Shown here: positions 39,820 to 56,397 of the stretch, piece by piece
Position numbering within the stretch: position 1 is the first letter of the stretch
Layout of the letters: each line of letters begins with the position of its first letter
NCBI RefSeq assembly: GCF_009914755.1
Contig: NC_060928.1
Length of the DNA: 64,000 nucleotides
Direction: 5' to 3' (one strand)
Origin: the human T2T-CHM13v2.0 reference genome, Homo sapiens
The notes under the pieces: model-generated
What the model was told of the DNA's origin: nothing
Databases searched by the model: none
What the model saw: the letters and a program-made list of their open reading frames with translations, nothing else
Made by a program: the position numbers and the translations under genes

Positions 39820-41358
39820 TATATATATATATATATATCTTTCCTTTTTATTGGTACCCCTATTCTCTATGTAGAAAAATATATCCTGATATAATTCCAA
39901 AGTATCTATTTAGACTTCTCTAGATTAAACAACATTTGGGAAATTTCATATAACTTTAGTCTCAAGTCAGAGCAATACATGTCATTTAAATTTAAAAAGA
40001 AAATACAGTAACTTGGAAATAGCTCAGAATTTTAACTGCAAATGAAAAAAATACTGAAATAGGATGACAGAAAAAAACTATTCTGGATAAAAGACAGTCT
40101 GTCATGTCAATGCATATATTATTTGTTAGGCATTCATGAATTATAAAAACTGGAAGATATGTCTCGCCTTTGTTCTTTTATTGATAATACAGATCTGAAT
40201 TTGAATCTTATTAACTCAAATAATAATTAATTTGCCTATAATTCTATAAAGAGCTTCTAAGCAGATAAACAGTATAATAAATTTAATTCCAAAAAAAGTA
40301 GATTTAAAAGCCATTTCCAACCAAAATAATCCAAAAACTCTCAATGAAACATATAAATAATCTTGGGTAAGGGTCATACTTTTCATAAATCTCAGGGATC
40401 TTTTAAAGTAAAGGTCTCTGAGCAACAAACCTTTTATTAATATAATATTTTACTGTCTGCAAAGCATTATGACATGCATTATCTCATCTGAGCATCACAG
40501 CAATGTTACAAGACTATCCTCATTTGAAGGAGGGGAAAATGGCAGTTCAAGAAAATGAAGTGCTCTGGCTAAAAATCTGGCGTAAATACATTTCTATGGT
40601 GTATTAATGTGTTAATCTGCTAATAAAAACAACTGCATGTATAGAAGTATGTGAAGAGAATGATATAAATCTGGTATTTCATAGATTCTAACAAGTTATT
40701 GATTTTCACTAAAGAAATATGTAAACAAAACATTTTTTTCTTCAAGTTCTTTTTACTAAATGGTTTCTGATGAGTCAGTTTCTCTTGCCTTTTCCATTTC
40801 CTTCTTCTTCTCCCTAAACATGTAAGTACATACACGCACACCAGTTTGTACTCACATATGCCCTTCTTACAACACATGACACATTTTGACAGGCATGCTG
40901 TCATTTGGAATAGTCTGAAAATTGTGCATAGCAAAGTTAACTTGGTTTCTTTCACAGTGTGCTTTAATCAACAATTGCATCAATACCAGCTCTAAACACA
41001 TTCTGAGTCAAGAAACGTTAATAGATGAATGGACTAAAGATGGAATTATTACACCTAATATCTGGAATGTATCACTGCACACTGATTTTGACTATTGGGT
41101 ACTATATACTGCAACAAAGTCCTATTTTCTGATCTAGCTTTACAAGACTATATAGCCTTAAATTGAAAAATTCAGGAATAACTATGAATAAAAAGATGGT
41201 ACTTTAATATACGGTTTGCATTCTTTTTGTTTGTTTTATTTGGTGTATTTATTTGTATGCTCATTTGGTAATGTTGAAATTAAGGAGAAGGGAAGCTGTG
41301 GCAGGCCGACATGGTACTGGGGGCAAGAACTGGTACACTAATGGAGTGAAATCCTTAC

Positions 41359-41537
41359 CTGTTAGAGGGGTACAGGACACTCCAGCATCTTCTTTATGGC
41401 CACAGTTATGCTCTCCCCAGGAGCTCTTTGGACACTGCTCAATTGAAAGCTCATTCCCAGTGCAGCGTACTTCATCCAACATAACTGGGCCAGACCCTTC
41501 CCCAAAATATGCCTGATGCCATGCTTTGGCAATGCCA
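41359..41537 (-). CDS. PRSS12: Neurotrypsin exon 5 (SRCR2 second half)
   Basis: GIAKAWHQAYFGEGSGPVMLDEVRC...HKEDAGVSCTPLT; CAG acceptor, GTAAGG donor; 179 nt. Confidence 0.97.
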
Positions 41538-42033
41538 CTGAACAAATAAAAGAATGTAAGGATTCTGGATTAGATACCAAAGATTGGTCTTTTATTTTTT
41601 TTTTGTCCCTAGTAAAAGCATTATTATTAATCCCCACTTATTAATTCACTTCACAGGTCATGCATGACTTTCTGTATTTCTTTTTTGTATATTTGTTTGT
41701 TGTCCTTTATATTTTCAGCCATTACCCATGTTTCAAAGTTAGGTACTGCCCAATATTTAACCTCCTTTTCTTCATTAGTAATGGAACTTCAGATTTTTAG
41801 GAGGACAATGGCTATCCAAAATTAAAATCACATTTTGGCCTCCCCTCCTTCTTGATGACTAAGTTTGTTTGTTTGTGGTAAAATAAACATAACATAAAGT
41901 TTACCATTTAAAACATTTTTGGTTTATAGTGCATTAAGCACCTTCACATTATTGTACAATATCACTACCATCCATCTCCAGAACTTTTTCATCATCCCCA
42001 AATAAAATTGTGCTCCTATTTTAGACGCCTAAG

Positions 42034-42348
42034 TTTTGTTTTTCTTTTTGTTATGTTTGAGTCATAGTCTCACTCTGTCACCCAGGCTGGAGTGGTGTGG
42101 CATGACCATAGCTTACTGCAACCTTTAACTCCTAGGCTTGAGCAATCCTCTCACCACAGACTTTTGAGTTGCTAGGAATACAGGTATATGCCACCACACC
42201 TGGCTAATTTTCTTTTTATTTTTTATTTTGAAGTGGTGGGGTTTCAGTATGTTACCCAGGCTGGTCTTGAAATCCTGGCCTCAAGCAATCTTCCTGCTTC
42301 AGCCTCCAAAAGTGCTGGGATTCCAGGTGTGAACCACCGCACCCTGCC
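42034..42348 (-). mobile_element. Alu (AluJ-like)
   Basis: Antisense dimer. Confidence 0.88.
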
Positions 42349-42654
42349 ATAAGTTCTGACCAGTGATATTTAGGTGGAAGTACCATGTATTACTTGTAGG
42401 AAGTATCTTCCTTCTCCTGACTGCAAGGATGGCTGGAGCCTAATAAGTTATCTTGGGCCATAGGGTCCCATACTAAGGATGACAGAAATGCAAACAAGAG
42501 AGATTCGGGGCCTTAATAATTGCGGAACCACCAAACTACTCTTGAGCTGGCTACCTCTAGTCTCTTTTCCTAAACATAAAATACACTCGACTCTAAACTT
42601 GTTTAAACTGCTGTTATTTTCAGTTCTTTGTTACTCACAGCCAAATCTACTTCT

Positions 42655-42955
42655 TTTTTAATGTTGTTGTTATTTTGAGACAGGGTCTCACTCTGTTGCC
42701 CAGGCTGGAGTGCAGCAGCGTGATCATGGCTTAAGGCAGTCTTGACCTCCTGGGCTCCAGTGATCCTCCCACCTCAGCCTCCTCAGTATCTGGGACTATA
42801 AGTGCATACCACCGTGCCAGTGAATGTTTTATTTTTTGTAGAGATGGAGTCTCATTATGTTGCCCAGCCTGGTCTTGAACTCCTGCACTCAAGCAATCTT
42901 CCCACCTCAACCTCCCAAAAGTGCTGGGATTACAAGTACGAGCCACCATGCCTGA
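42655..42955 (-). mobile_element. Alu (AluJ-like)
   Basis: Antisense dimer; TSD CAGCCAAATCTACTTCT / CAGCCAAGTCTATTTCT. Confidence 0.9.
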
Positions 42956-43450
42956 CAGCCAAGTCTATTTCTAACAAAAACATCTCTTTACTGAAGTTTA
43001 TTTGTAGTTAATTTACTTCTCCCACAATTCAAAGCAATAGCATATTCTTAGAACCCCAGATTTAAGTGAAGATCACAAACCTGTCAAAGTGATTAATAAT
43101 TTCAGATATTGCATTTTCAGTCCCTTTTAGGCTTTTAATTTTTAGACTATAGCATTTATATTTTTAGTTTGTTTTTCAATGATACTGCATCTACTCCCCC
43201 ATTATTTTAGCTGCTCTTTTCTTATAACATTATAACTTGAGAATTTACAACAAAAATATATTGAAGAAAAAAAAGTGTGCTAAATGGCTGTAATACCCCA
43301 CTAATGGTAAAGTCTTAGATACCAATTTTGCGGCTAAAAAGGAGCCTGATTCACTATTTCTACTAGATAACATGGAAGTTTCTTTTAAAAGAACATGCCT
43401 AAGAAAACAAAAATATCTAAAAGTTAACACCTATTTTAATATCATTAGAG

Positions 43451-43852
<402 letters not shown>

Positions 43853-44409
43853 TTAAAATTCAAGAGGAAGGATAAAAGAATATTATAGGAGGTATAGAGG
43901 AAGCTGAGGAAAAGAAGATGGCTTAAGCAAAATATTTTCATGGAGTTAACATTTTAAAATTTAGAATCCTGGCACTATCTGATACTTGTAACACAGTGGA
44001 CTCTGAGCAATCTGCCCCAACAAAAATTAAAGACTAATATCTAGAACTAATAGGACAAATGTGAGGAAAACATTTGGAATTCTAACACATATAATATTGG
44101 AGTCCTAACACAAAGGAATCCTAACACAAATGATATTGTCAAAATGACAATTTTGTGAGTGAATTTGTTTGTTTTGCTAAGGGAAATGTAATGACAAAAC
44201 AGAAAGTCATGTCTACTCTGGAAAGAGTCAATAAATGCTTAATTAATAGGATTGTTCTAAATAAAGTTTTCAGCTGTTTCAAAGTATGTCTATATGCCTA
44301 GAGAAGAGTGCACTAATCATGTATAAATATTTGTATATTACTGACCATGTCAAAAAGCTTATTTTTTCCAAGCTCAATCTTTGAAGTGGAGAAGTATATG
44401 TGGACACAG

Positions 44410-44580
44410 ACTCTCAGCTTCCAATCTGGGCTGTACCTTCAACAAGCTGGGCTACCTTGGGGAAGTTACTAAAACCTTCCAGGCTTAGGATGCAAAGCTG
44501 AACACAGGGATGATAACGGCTAACTTGCAGGGTTGTAGGAATTAAACTGATGCAAAGTAGGAGCTCAATAAATGCTGGTT
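44410..44580 (-). mobile_element. MIR fragment
   Basis: GCTGGGCTACCTTGGGGAAGTTACT...GCTCAATAAATGCT similarity. Confidence 0.55.
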
Positions 44581-45248
44581 CCCTTCCCTCTTCTGGCACG
44601 TTAAGGAATCCCCACGTACCCCTGACAGTTGATAAATAACATATTTTTCACTGCTAAGCAATTTATCTAAAGACCATTTGGTATTTAGTTTAAACAAACA
44701 CCAAGGTTGTTACTTTCCTTCATCCCCAAAAAGTAAAGTTGGGGGAATGGTAAGGAAGGGAGAATCAATCAATATCTTAACATTTTCTGGTTTTAATGTT
44801 GTTTCATTTATTTATTTATTTTAAAGTAAATTTCAAAGAAATATTTATGGAAGTAATTTATGGCCTATAGGAGACTGAACAAATGCATGTATGTGTTATT
44901 TTTTATTATAGATTATAAGGTAACGGCCCAGAAGACTATTAAGTAAGCTCTGACCTGCATCACTAAACTTCAGATTTTCCTGTGGTAGAGATATATCTAA
45001 TGAGAGGCAAACATTTTCAAATATTTGAATGCACATAAAGTATTTTATTTAAAAAGGCTGTTGTGCCAAAATAAAACGTTTTGTGCAATGAAAGCACTGA
45101 TGTTCCTAGAAAAATATGTTTTAAATCAAAATGATCTTGCAATAGTAGTGTACAAGGCTATGAAAAAAATTCAACTGTTTTAAAGATTACTTATAGTAGA
45201 AAAAATATCCTCTCCCAGAGAAAACATGTTCATAAAACACTTACTATA

Positions 45249-45545
<297 letters not shown>

Positions 45546-45797
45546 ATTACAATAAATTAAACAAGGGAACAGTTTAACACTCACAGAAAATAAAATTCAA
45601 AAGTCATGTAAAAGCTGTAATTCCCACAATTTGGGGATGGAGGCTGAGTTACTGAAATGTATTATTTGTAATATGTTTATGAAAATACTAATATTGGTTG
45701 AAAGAAGAAAACTGCTTGGAGTTGTGTGCCTGAGACCTGTGGTTCCTTTTTACAGGGAAGATACAGGATAGGAGAGAAGAAGCCCTATGCCCTAGAG

Positions 45798-46109
45798 GAG
45801 AGGTCAGCAAAATATGACCTGTGCACCAAATCAGGTATGCTATCTGTTTTTATATTGCTTGTGAGCCGAGTGGTTTTTCAATTTTATAAACGCCAGGAAA
45901 AAAAAATCAAAATAAGAATATAATTTGTGATGTGAAAAATCAAGTGAGATCCAAATTTTACTGTCCAGAAACCAAGTTTTATTGGAATGATGCCACACGA
46001 ATTCCTAAGTTATTGTCTATGGCTGCTTTCATGCTACAATGGCCCAGCTGGGTAGTTGCAAAGTCTATTTACTCTCTGGCCCTTTACAGAAAAAGTTTGC
46101 AGACCCCTG
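45798..46109. mobile_element. MER58B-like hAT MITE
   Basis: End CTGGCCCTTTACAGAAAAAGTTTGCAGACCCCTG; 8-bp TSD CCCTAGAG/CTCTAGAG. Confidence 0.85.
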
Positions 46110-46437
46110 CTCTAGAGGAAAGAGATTAATGAAAGCAAATATGGAAACTGACTTAGAGAACACTGAGAGTTGAAGGACAAAACAGGAGGAGACAGGATCA
46201 CTGACAGAGAAGCCAGATAGGAAAGCTCTAGAGAAAGGCAGATTAACAGCCTTCTTGGATCTTTGCCCTGAGATAAATGCCACCAAAAAAAATCTATTAA
46301 GGAAAATTTCAATGGGTATAATTCATTGAGCCATGATTAGGTGCTATAAGGAAACCTGAGACCAATACGGAAGAATATAAAATTTGATCCCAAACTGATA
46401 ACAAAAAGATGAAATCCAGATGGCTTAAATATAGGTG

Positions 46438-46535
46438 GAAAAAAAAGAAAAGAAAGAAAGGCGGGAGGGAGAAAGAAGCAAAAGGAAAAAGGAAGAGAGG
46501 AGGAGGGAGGGAGGGAAGGAAGAAAGAAAAGAAAA
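46438..46535 (+). repeat. Polypurine (GA-rich) low-complexity tract
   Basis: Direct reading. Confidence 0.85.
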
Positions 46536-46891
46536 CTAAAAAGTTACTAGACTAAAATATAGGAACATAGTTTTTATAACCTTGGATGTAAGAGAGAATT
46601 CCTAGGAAACCCAGAAGTCAGAAAACAAAAACCAAAAAAGTTAAATTCAACCACATACAAATTGAAAACTACCATACAGCAGAACACACCATAATCAGAG
46701 TCAAAATGCAAACCAATAGGCTGGAAGAAACATTTGCAATTTGCAAAAAAAAACTCCTAGAAATGAATAATAGTAATAACTTGTTTTTTATATATATATA
46801 TACACACACACACATGCACACACATTTCAGTTACAGTTTACTTATATAAATATGTGTGTGTGTGTGTATATATATCTAGATAGATAGATAA

Positions 46892-47153
46892 TTTTTTAAA
46901 GACAGCATCTGGTTCTGTCACTAAGGCTGGATTCCAGTGGGACAATCTTGGGTCACTGCAAACTCTGCCTCCCAGGCTCAAGCCATCCTCCCACCTCAGC
47001 CTCCCCAGTAGCTGAGACTACAGGCACATGCCACCATGCCTGGCTAATTTTTAAAATTTTTGCAAAGATAGGGTTTCTCCATGTTGCCCAGTCTGGTCTC
47101 AAACTCCTGAACTCAAGCAATCTGCCCACCTCAGCCTCTCAAAGTGCTAGGAT
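46892..47153 (-). mobile_element. Alu (AluJ-like) within old L1 sequence
   Basis: Antisense Alu consensus. Confidence 0.85.
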
Positions 47154-47640
47154 ATTATCACATTTTAGTAAAAGACAAAGCAATCAACTTAAAAAAATAG
47201 ACAATAGAGAGGATCCAACTATGCACAGAAGAAGTAATATCCATGGCCAATGACCACAGGATAAGAAGCTCAAGATCACTAGTGGTAAAATTAAACAATA
47301 ATGCATGCTTACCTATCACATTTTTGGAGATTTAAAATATTAATATAACTTTCATACAATTTTTAGGCAAAAAGACAAGCAACTGAAGGCTTTTTAATTC
47401 CCTAGAAAAAGTAACAAATCCTAAAGTCATGCTTTGGCTGAGAATACTCTGATAGGCTGAGAAAGGGGAGCTGAAGTATATTGTGTTTCAAATACATTAA
47501 TTATTACATGACACACATTCAAGGAAAAAGCAAAAGTTCTGGTTAATTGCCTTTGAACTTGGCCCGTTCCTTAAAGGAGATTACAAGATAAGAGAGTACA
47601 AGCCCCAAACATTGACTCTGGGGATGCTATGTATTTTTAA

Positions 47641-48320
<680 letters not shown>

Positions 48321-49860
48321 CACTACCTGGGTGTTTTATTTTCTTCTCATCCATTTCTGTATGTTTATTATTTTAATGATACAAAAATGTTTAAAATAAA
48401 CTAATCAGAATAACCAGCAGAATAAACTTGAGAACAACAACAAAAAACATTAACCAGGAAACTATAATGTAACACAAAATCAGGTTTTCTGGCTAACTTT
48501 TTAGTTTAAGTTAAGAAAACAGTATTTACATATTCACACATTGCTTCAGCCAGTCACTAGCATTTCCTGGTACTCAGAACTATGCTGGCTTTCAAGAGAA
48601 TACCAAAATAATTGATGACTCTGCTTTTAAAGAGTCATGAATTACAATACTGAGGAAATCAACAAAAACTCGTGAACTGTTCAAGTAAATGTGAATTTGA
48701 TAAAGCTGTGTGTTCTCTGTCCTTCATGGAAATTATTTCCATACCAGCCCCAGCAGTTCATCTGTAATAAAAGCTCTAGTGTTGTCTAGTTTTTTACCCT
48801 CTGATAATCTGTAAATAAATTTTTGGGCAGAGATACTCTGATCTAATACCCTGAATTATTTTCTGTGTAAAGATATTTGACCTACATAACAGCAATCCTC
48901 AATAAACACTTACTGAACTGGTTCTATTTCCAATCCCTATTCAAAACATTCTTAAATCTAAATTTAGCTAATCAAATTGTATTAATACAAAATTTTTGCT
49001 TTTGTTTCCCCCTTACATACACAGAAAAAGGCCAAATAAATGGCACCATCTGATTAACTCAATCCCCAGGATTAGCTACTGCTTTGAGGTAGACCTAGAA
49101 TAGAGTTAGGCCATTCTATTGTACAACATAATTATTTATTAGGTTATAAAAGATTGGCTCTTTAACTGCAATTATCAGTTTGTGCCATATACAGAGTTTG
49201 TAATCCATGGATGAAAAAACTCATTTTTAATATCCTAGATTACTCTCTAGAAAACAATCCCCGCCATCTCCAATAATGATGTTTGATGTGTATCAAATGC
49301 TTCCTGCATGCCTGGCACTGGTCTAACAGTGCTTTTAGACATACTAACTAATTTCTTCCTCCCTGCAACCGAATGATGCTATTATACCAAATTTACTGAT
49401 AAGGAAACAGAGGCTCAAAAGTTAAATAACTTGTCCAACATTACACTACTACTAAATGGTAAAGTTTGTCTGACTACAGAGCAGACCGAAACACTGAGCA
49501 TTCTTGCAGCCTCCTGGAACGCTGTCAATTGATGGCTGATGGCACCTCAAATACAGTCTATCTAAAACACGGTCACTATCATTTTCTTCTTAAATTTAAC
49601 TTTCTCTCTTGACTTCCTTATTTCTTTCAGCCCTATATTTGTATTTATTCTTATTAACACCTCGCCATTTTACAAATAATGTAACATAACAGAAAAAATC
49701 CTAAATTGGGAGCCATAAACCTCAAGACTCTGCCTCCCACTAACAGACTTGGGGAATATTGTGTAATCTCAGTGGGCCTAACTTCCTCAACTGTTAAACA
49801 AGTTATCTTTCCTGCTCAATAATTCCATATACCAGGCTATCTTTGTTGTAAAGTTTATAC

Positions 49861-50082
49861 CAGGGGTGTCCAATCTTTTGGCTTCCCTGGGCCACATTGG
49901 AAGAAGAAGACTTATCTTGGGCCACACATAAAATAGACTAACACTAACAATAGCTGATGATCTAAAATAAATAAACAAATAAATAAATAATGTTGTAAGA
50001 AAGTTTACAAATTTGTGTTGGGCCACATTCAAAGCCGTCTTGGGCTGCATATGGCCTGCGGGCTGTGGGTTGGACAAGCTTG
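49861..50082 (+). mobile_element. MER30 hAT MITE
   Basis: CAGGGGTGTCCAATCTTTTGGC...TTGGACAAGCTTG; perfect 8-bp TSD GTTTATAC (49853-49860, 50083-50090). Confidence 0.92.
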
Positions 50083-50142
50083 GTTTATACAATGTTTTTT
50101 AAAATTTAATGAACCGTAAAATAAAAGAGCAAAGAAAAAAAA

Positions 50143-50451
<309 letters not shown>

Positions 50452-51607
50452 TAATTTATATGGGAAGAATTTGTATTCTACTACTCAATAATATGGTTCT
50501 ATATAATTTTAGAGCAAAAAAGTAAAAATGAAAGCACCCTAAAAGGAAAGAAAGTATCCACAATTTTTAAATTCCCAAGTAAATTATGGCACATCCACAA
50601 AATAAAATATGATCTCACAGTACAAAGCTATGCTTTTAAGAGTTTTTGAAAGACATGGAAAGTGCTTTTAATGTTAAGCACATAAAAAGGAACTTCAGTT
50701 AAAATGTCTCCAACTAAACTTCACTGGGTACATATGCGTTCTCAAGTTATCTAATTTTCTAACATCTGGCTGCCTCCTTTCCCGCTGCTCATCTTTCTCC
50801 ATGTTCTGGGTTAATCAAATTTAAGTATCTTAAGTATAATAATTCCTTTTGTATTTAGGAAGCTTGCCAGCTACCAAAATATACAGACACCATTAAAAGA
50901 TGAAGGTTAACAATGACAGCATCTCATAAATAAACTGTAACCACTACTCCAGAAAAGCATGATGTAGTTTCCCTGTGGGAATTCAACAAGGCAGATAAAA
51001 CTGAGATGAAATTTGCTTAAGAATGAATCATAAATTGAGACAAGCAACAATTATGTGTCTGCTATCAATCCTGTGCCATTAAAAAACAATCCTCATCTGA
51101 AAGTACTTAGCCTTTAAATGAGCAAAACAAATTATAGAGAAAGAAGAGTCGTAGAGTACTGCTTTATTGCAAACTTATGAGAGAACTATAAAATCAAGTG
51201 CAAGAAAAGTAAACGAAGAATGTCAGCTCAGAGCATCAGAGTACTTATAATAAAAACAAATCTCTATAAAGCTGGATTGTTATTTGTTACAAGTGCTTGT
51301 GGAGGATTTTTGCTTGTATATTTTAATCACTTTTCCAAAGAATCCCCTCATAGGAAAAGCAGCAATGAGCTAGTGTTTGAGAAAGGCGTTAATACTTTAC
51401 TTAACCCATGAGTGTGTTCAACATTAATATGGCCTTCCTTGTGATTCTATCTCTATATTTTTTCTAGGTAACTGATTATCCTTGTCAATATGGCCTTTGT
51501 TTAAAAACTGTTTCTATTTAAGTGAAAAAAATATTTGTCTCAAGGAAGAACTCTACATTAAAACAACAACAAAAAAAAAAAGAACTCTACATTACAGCAT
51601 GAATTTC

Positions 51608-52182
<575 letters not shown>

Positions 52183-52949
52183 ACAACATGGATTTTTGGA
52201 ATCACTTCAGTAACTGTAATGTAACTAATATTCAGTGTGTCACTTAAATGTTCTATGGATTTTTCTAAGCAACAAAAGCTTGCCTTTACCCACAAATATA
52301 TTAATAATCAAAAATGCCTTTTACCTTAAACTTAGAATAACCCATATTGTAACTGATAATATTAAAAATGCTATTACTATACCCTAAAAGTTCTTAATAT
52401 TTTTGGCAAAGACATAGGTTTCTTAGTAACTCACATGAAAATCAATTAGCACGTCACTGAACACATAACTGATAACCCAGTGAATACATATATGTACACA
52501 TTAGAGTGTATTAAAAATATAGAAGTTCATAGATACAGCTAACTAAATAGAAGTTCCAGATGGAGGAATAGTGTTTGGTGCTCTGTCATTACCAAATGCT
52601 GGTTACTTTGAATGTAAACAATAAAGATGTTTAACAACATCTTTAAAATATAACTACCTAATTAGAGTGCCCTTGATAGCCAATGTATATGGTACTTACT
52701 ATGTGTGCTAACTGCTTGTAGACACAAAACCCTATAAATTAAGAAATACGTTATAGATGAGAAAACTGCAACTAAGAGATATTCTGTAGCTTTTCGCAAC
52801 TCCAAAAATGGGATTTAAATGCAGGTTTTTCAGCATCCAGAACACACGCCCATAATCATATGCTATGCTGACTCCAACAGCAGGCACCGGGAAACTTTGA
52901 GAAAATTGCTCGTGAAATTGATACCCAGTCAAAACACTTTTAAAAAATC

Positions 52950-53800
52950 TTGTCTCATAAACGTACTTGTTAGTTTTTTCAAAAGAAACCAAGATGCCAT
53001 ATTCCTAACCAACCCAAAGAAAATGATCATACCATCGTAAACAATGCCAGTAATCACAGCAAAACCTGTTGACACAGGATCTGCTGTGTTTGTTCTTGTC
53101 CCACATGTGAACTATAAATTAGCATTTAGGTCCCATAGTCAGTTTCAGGGGGAAATCTAACTTTACAGTAAAGGATCAGGCTGATGTCACTTAAACCAGT
53201 GCTCAATTTCAGCTTCATTTGTGGGGAAAACTAGAGCTTTTCATGACTCCTGGTGAAATGCAAGATGAGAATACATTACCTGTGATGATTTCCAGACAAA
53301 ATGTTTGCTTTGATCTAATCAAGCCTTTAAACCTAAACTCTAATTTTATGAATTACAAGAACCAGAAGAGTAAACTAAATGACACCAGAAGGAAAAAAAT
53401 AAGACAAATTCAGAAGATGGGACAGTCTCCAAAACAACTGGCCTTGGCTCTTCAACAAATCAGCATTATGGAAAAACCAAACCAAACCAAAAAAAAACAG
53501 CAACAACAAAAAACCCAGGCCTTTCTAGAGTAAAAGACACTTAAGGAACATAATATCCAGATTGGTCTTGGACTAAATTCTGCTTCAGACAAGCCATCTG
53601 CCAAGGACACTGTAGGGGCAACTCTGAAAATTTGAATAAGATGAAGTATTAGACAATATTAAAAATGATTACCAATAATTAGTTGTGATAATGATAATTT
53701 GGCTACATAGAACAATGTTCTTATTTGTAAGAGATGCATGCTGAAGTGTTTATAGACAAAGTGTTAAAGTGTCTATATTTTACTTTAAAATACTTCAAAT
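52950..53800 (+). mobile_element. Ancient L1MC/ME 3' fragment
   Basis: Degenerate L1M 3'UTR motifs; by eye. Confidence 0.5.
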
Positions 53801-54536
53801 ATAACATAGAATTTTGAAAGAGAGCCAATTATTTTTAAAAATTACAAAAAAATTGAACTGTAAAAATTGTTCAAGGTTCAACAATCATGCTCCAGTCAAG
53901 GATTATGGTTAACTGAACACAATGAACAGGGAAGAACAGGCCTCCCATCATTGGCCCCCTCAGTGCTAAATGAAATATTTTTAAATTCTGTAGTAAATGA
54001 TTAACTAAATGAAATATTTTTTAAAATCTGAAGAAAATGATTAACTTTTAAAAGATCCCCCAATATAATTTTAGAGAAACTTTCAGGCTTGTTATACCAA
54101 TGTTCAGAATCACTAAACAGAGGGATTAGAAGGCCTAAAATTATAATACTCCAGAATAATCCCAACTGAGGCAACCTGGAATGTTGATTTTCAGACTGCT
54201 GTTTTCATGACATAGGCTTCCTTTCCAACCCTACAGGGGAATTATCTCCTTTGTACATTAATAAATATCCTTTGTTCTAAGCACATACCTAACAAGGAAG
54301 TGCAGTTCAAAAGTTTAGACAACATTTCATGACTAGAAGTTAAATTTGAGTTACAAGCTAACAACCAGTTTTTCATCATATGGAATTTGATTAAGTCACT
54401 ATAGTTTACAGTGCTGGTTACTACCTGGGAGTAACGTAAAGACTACCAATGAGAAGTAATAAAAGCTTAGATTCTTAGTGACATAAAATCAGCCTAATTC
54501 AGACACAAGCAGGTTAAACCTACAGAGTACACGTTA

Positions 54537-54887
<351 letters not shown>

Positions 54888-56375
54888 TTACATTGATTGA
54901 TAAGATTAGGTATATTCTATATTTTTTGCCATTCTCAATAATTAAATAATATTTATAAAGCCACACCAGTGATATGGACATACGTATATATATCTAATAT
55001 ATTATGGTAATCTTGGCCAATTAAAATATCCCAAATTGAATTATATGAATACAAGTAACTCTTAGGAGGAAATGTGTTTAAATTCACTTTTCCCCAACAA
55101 CCTCAGAAACTAGAAAAGGCACACTCAAAAGCTGCGCATTACTGGAAATGTGTTTGATTTGTATAGTATTATGGTGGTGGCATTGATTTTTTTTTATTTA
55201 CAGTAACTTGAGCATTACCAATATGTCATTATTAAGAATGACACTTATGTCTATAACATACTTGTTTTCAGTATAGAATTATCTATGCATTTGTAGAAAT
55301 CAAGTCAAAGTTAATATCTAATTCGTTAAAACAAGTTGCTGGACATCATGGCCAGTACCTCAACAGAACAATATTGAAACTTCATTTGGGCATGAATCAG
55401 CTCATATCCGTTTTCGCTGATAAGGACCATCAAATGTGACTACCGTCTCATAATCTACAGCCCTGATCTAGCCCTTGTCAGACTGTGAACTTCTCTGTCT
55501 CTTCTCTGCCCTGGATAAGACAGCACACTAAGGGACTTCCTATTACATTGCCTAATTTTGTCTTCCTGAGAGTATTTACTTTTATCTAAAATTGTCACTG
55601 ATTTACTGTTTACATGTCAATTGTCTCACTCCTCTTGGCTAGAATGAGGACAGAAATACTGTGTTCCTTTACACCTATGTATTTCAGGTACCTAGTATAC
55701 AGAGGCATATAATAATTATTTATTGACTGCCTCAACTGACAAGCAATGCTAAATAAACCTAGAAAAGACACTCCAAACAAGAAAAAATAATTGGCAACAT
55801 CTATTCATTAATTTCTGATTAACAAACAGATATCAGACATATGCCTTGTACAAGGTGTTATGATCAGTGCTGCAGGGCATTCGAAGAGACACCAGACAGA
55901 CCCGGCCCTCAGGAAGTTTACTGCCTAAGGGCGTCGATAAAAGGAGTACAGACAAGAGATTATCAAAAAACCCTACAGTGGTTCAGAAGCAAAGGACCTT
56001 ACTCATGGTTGGGGGTACTTAGGGAATCACTTGTGAAAAAGCTGTTTTTTTAAGAGGGCCAAGATAGATGGGATTTGGAAGTCAGAGATGAGGGAAGCAT
56101 GTTCAGGCCACTTGAACATTATGAACAAAAGAAAGAAGCACAAAGCTGAATGTGTCTGGCAAAGAGTAAAGCAGTCTAATTTTACTAGAATAAAGGACGT
56201 AATATGGTAAAAATTAACAGGTTGGTCCTCTAATATGAAGTCTAGTTGTACTTTTTGCCAAATACTAATCATTTATCTGTATGAAATATGTTTCTAATTT
56301 TCCACAGTTGTAGCAGTCAGTAAACGGCATTTGGATATTCACACTTAAATTCAAATATCATATTTGAGTTTTGTA

Positions 56376-56397
56376 CACGTGCTGCCAAAGTAAGCAC
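56376..56397 (-). pseudogene. 3'-truncated (tailless) U6 snRNA retrocopy, nt 1-22
   Basis: Reverse complement GTGCTTACTTTGGCAGCACGTG vs U6 GTGCTCGCTTCGGCAGCACATA (17/22, all transitions), between perfect 18-bp direct repeats. Confidence 0.8.

Larger units (their letters stand above)
41740..42985. mobile_element. Old ERVL-type LTR (LTR16/LTR33-like) split by an L1 fragment and two Alus
   Basis: GACTAAGTT...CTGACCAGTGA continuity across insertions and terminal TGTTATTTTCAGTTCTTTGTTACTCACAGCC motif. Confidence 0.5.

Noticed and set aside
44085-44140. Three copies of CTAACACA-containing unit
   Set aside because: Short degenerate slippage repeat with no functional signature
52622-52645. 10-bp-stem hairpin TAAAGATGTT/AACATCTTTA
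   Set aside because: Too short for a miRNA or MITE; plausible by chance in AT-rich DNA
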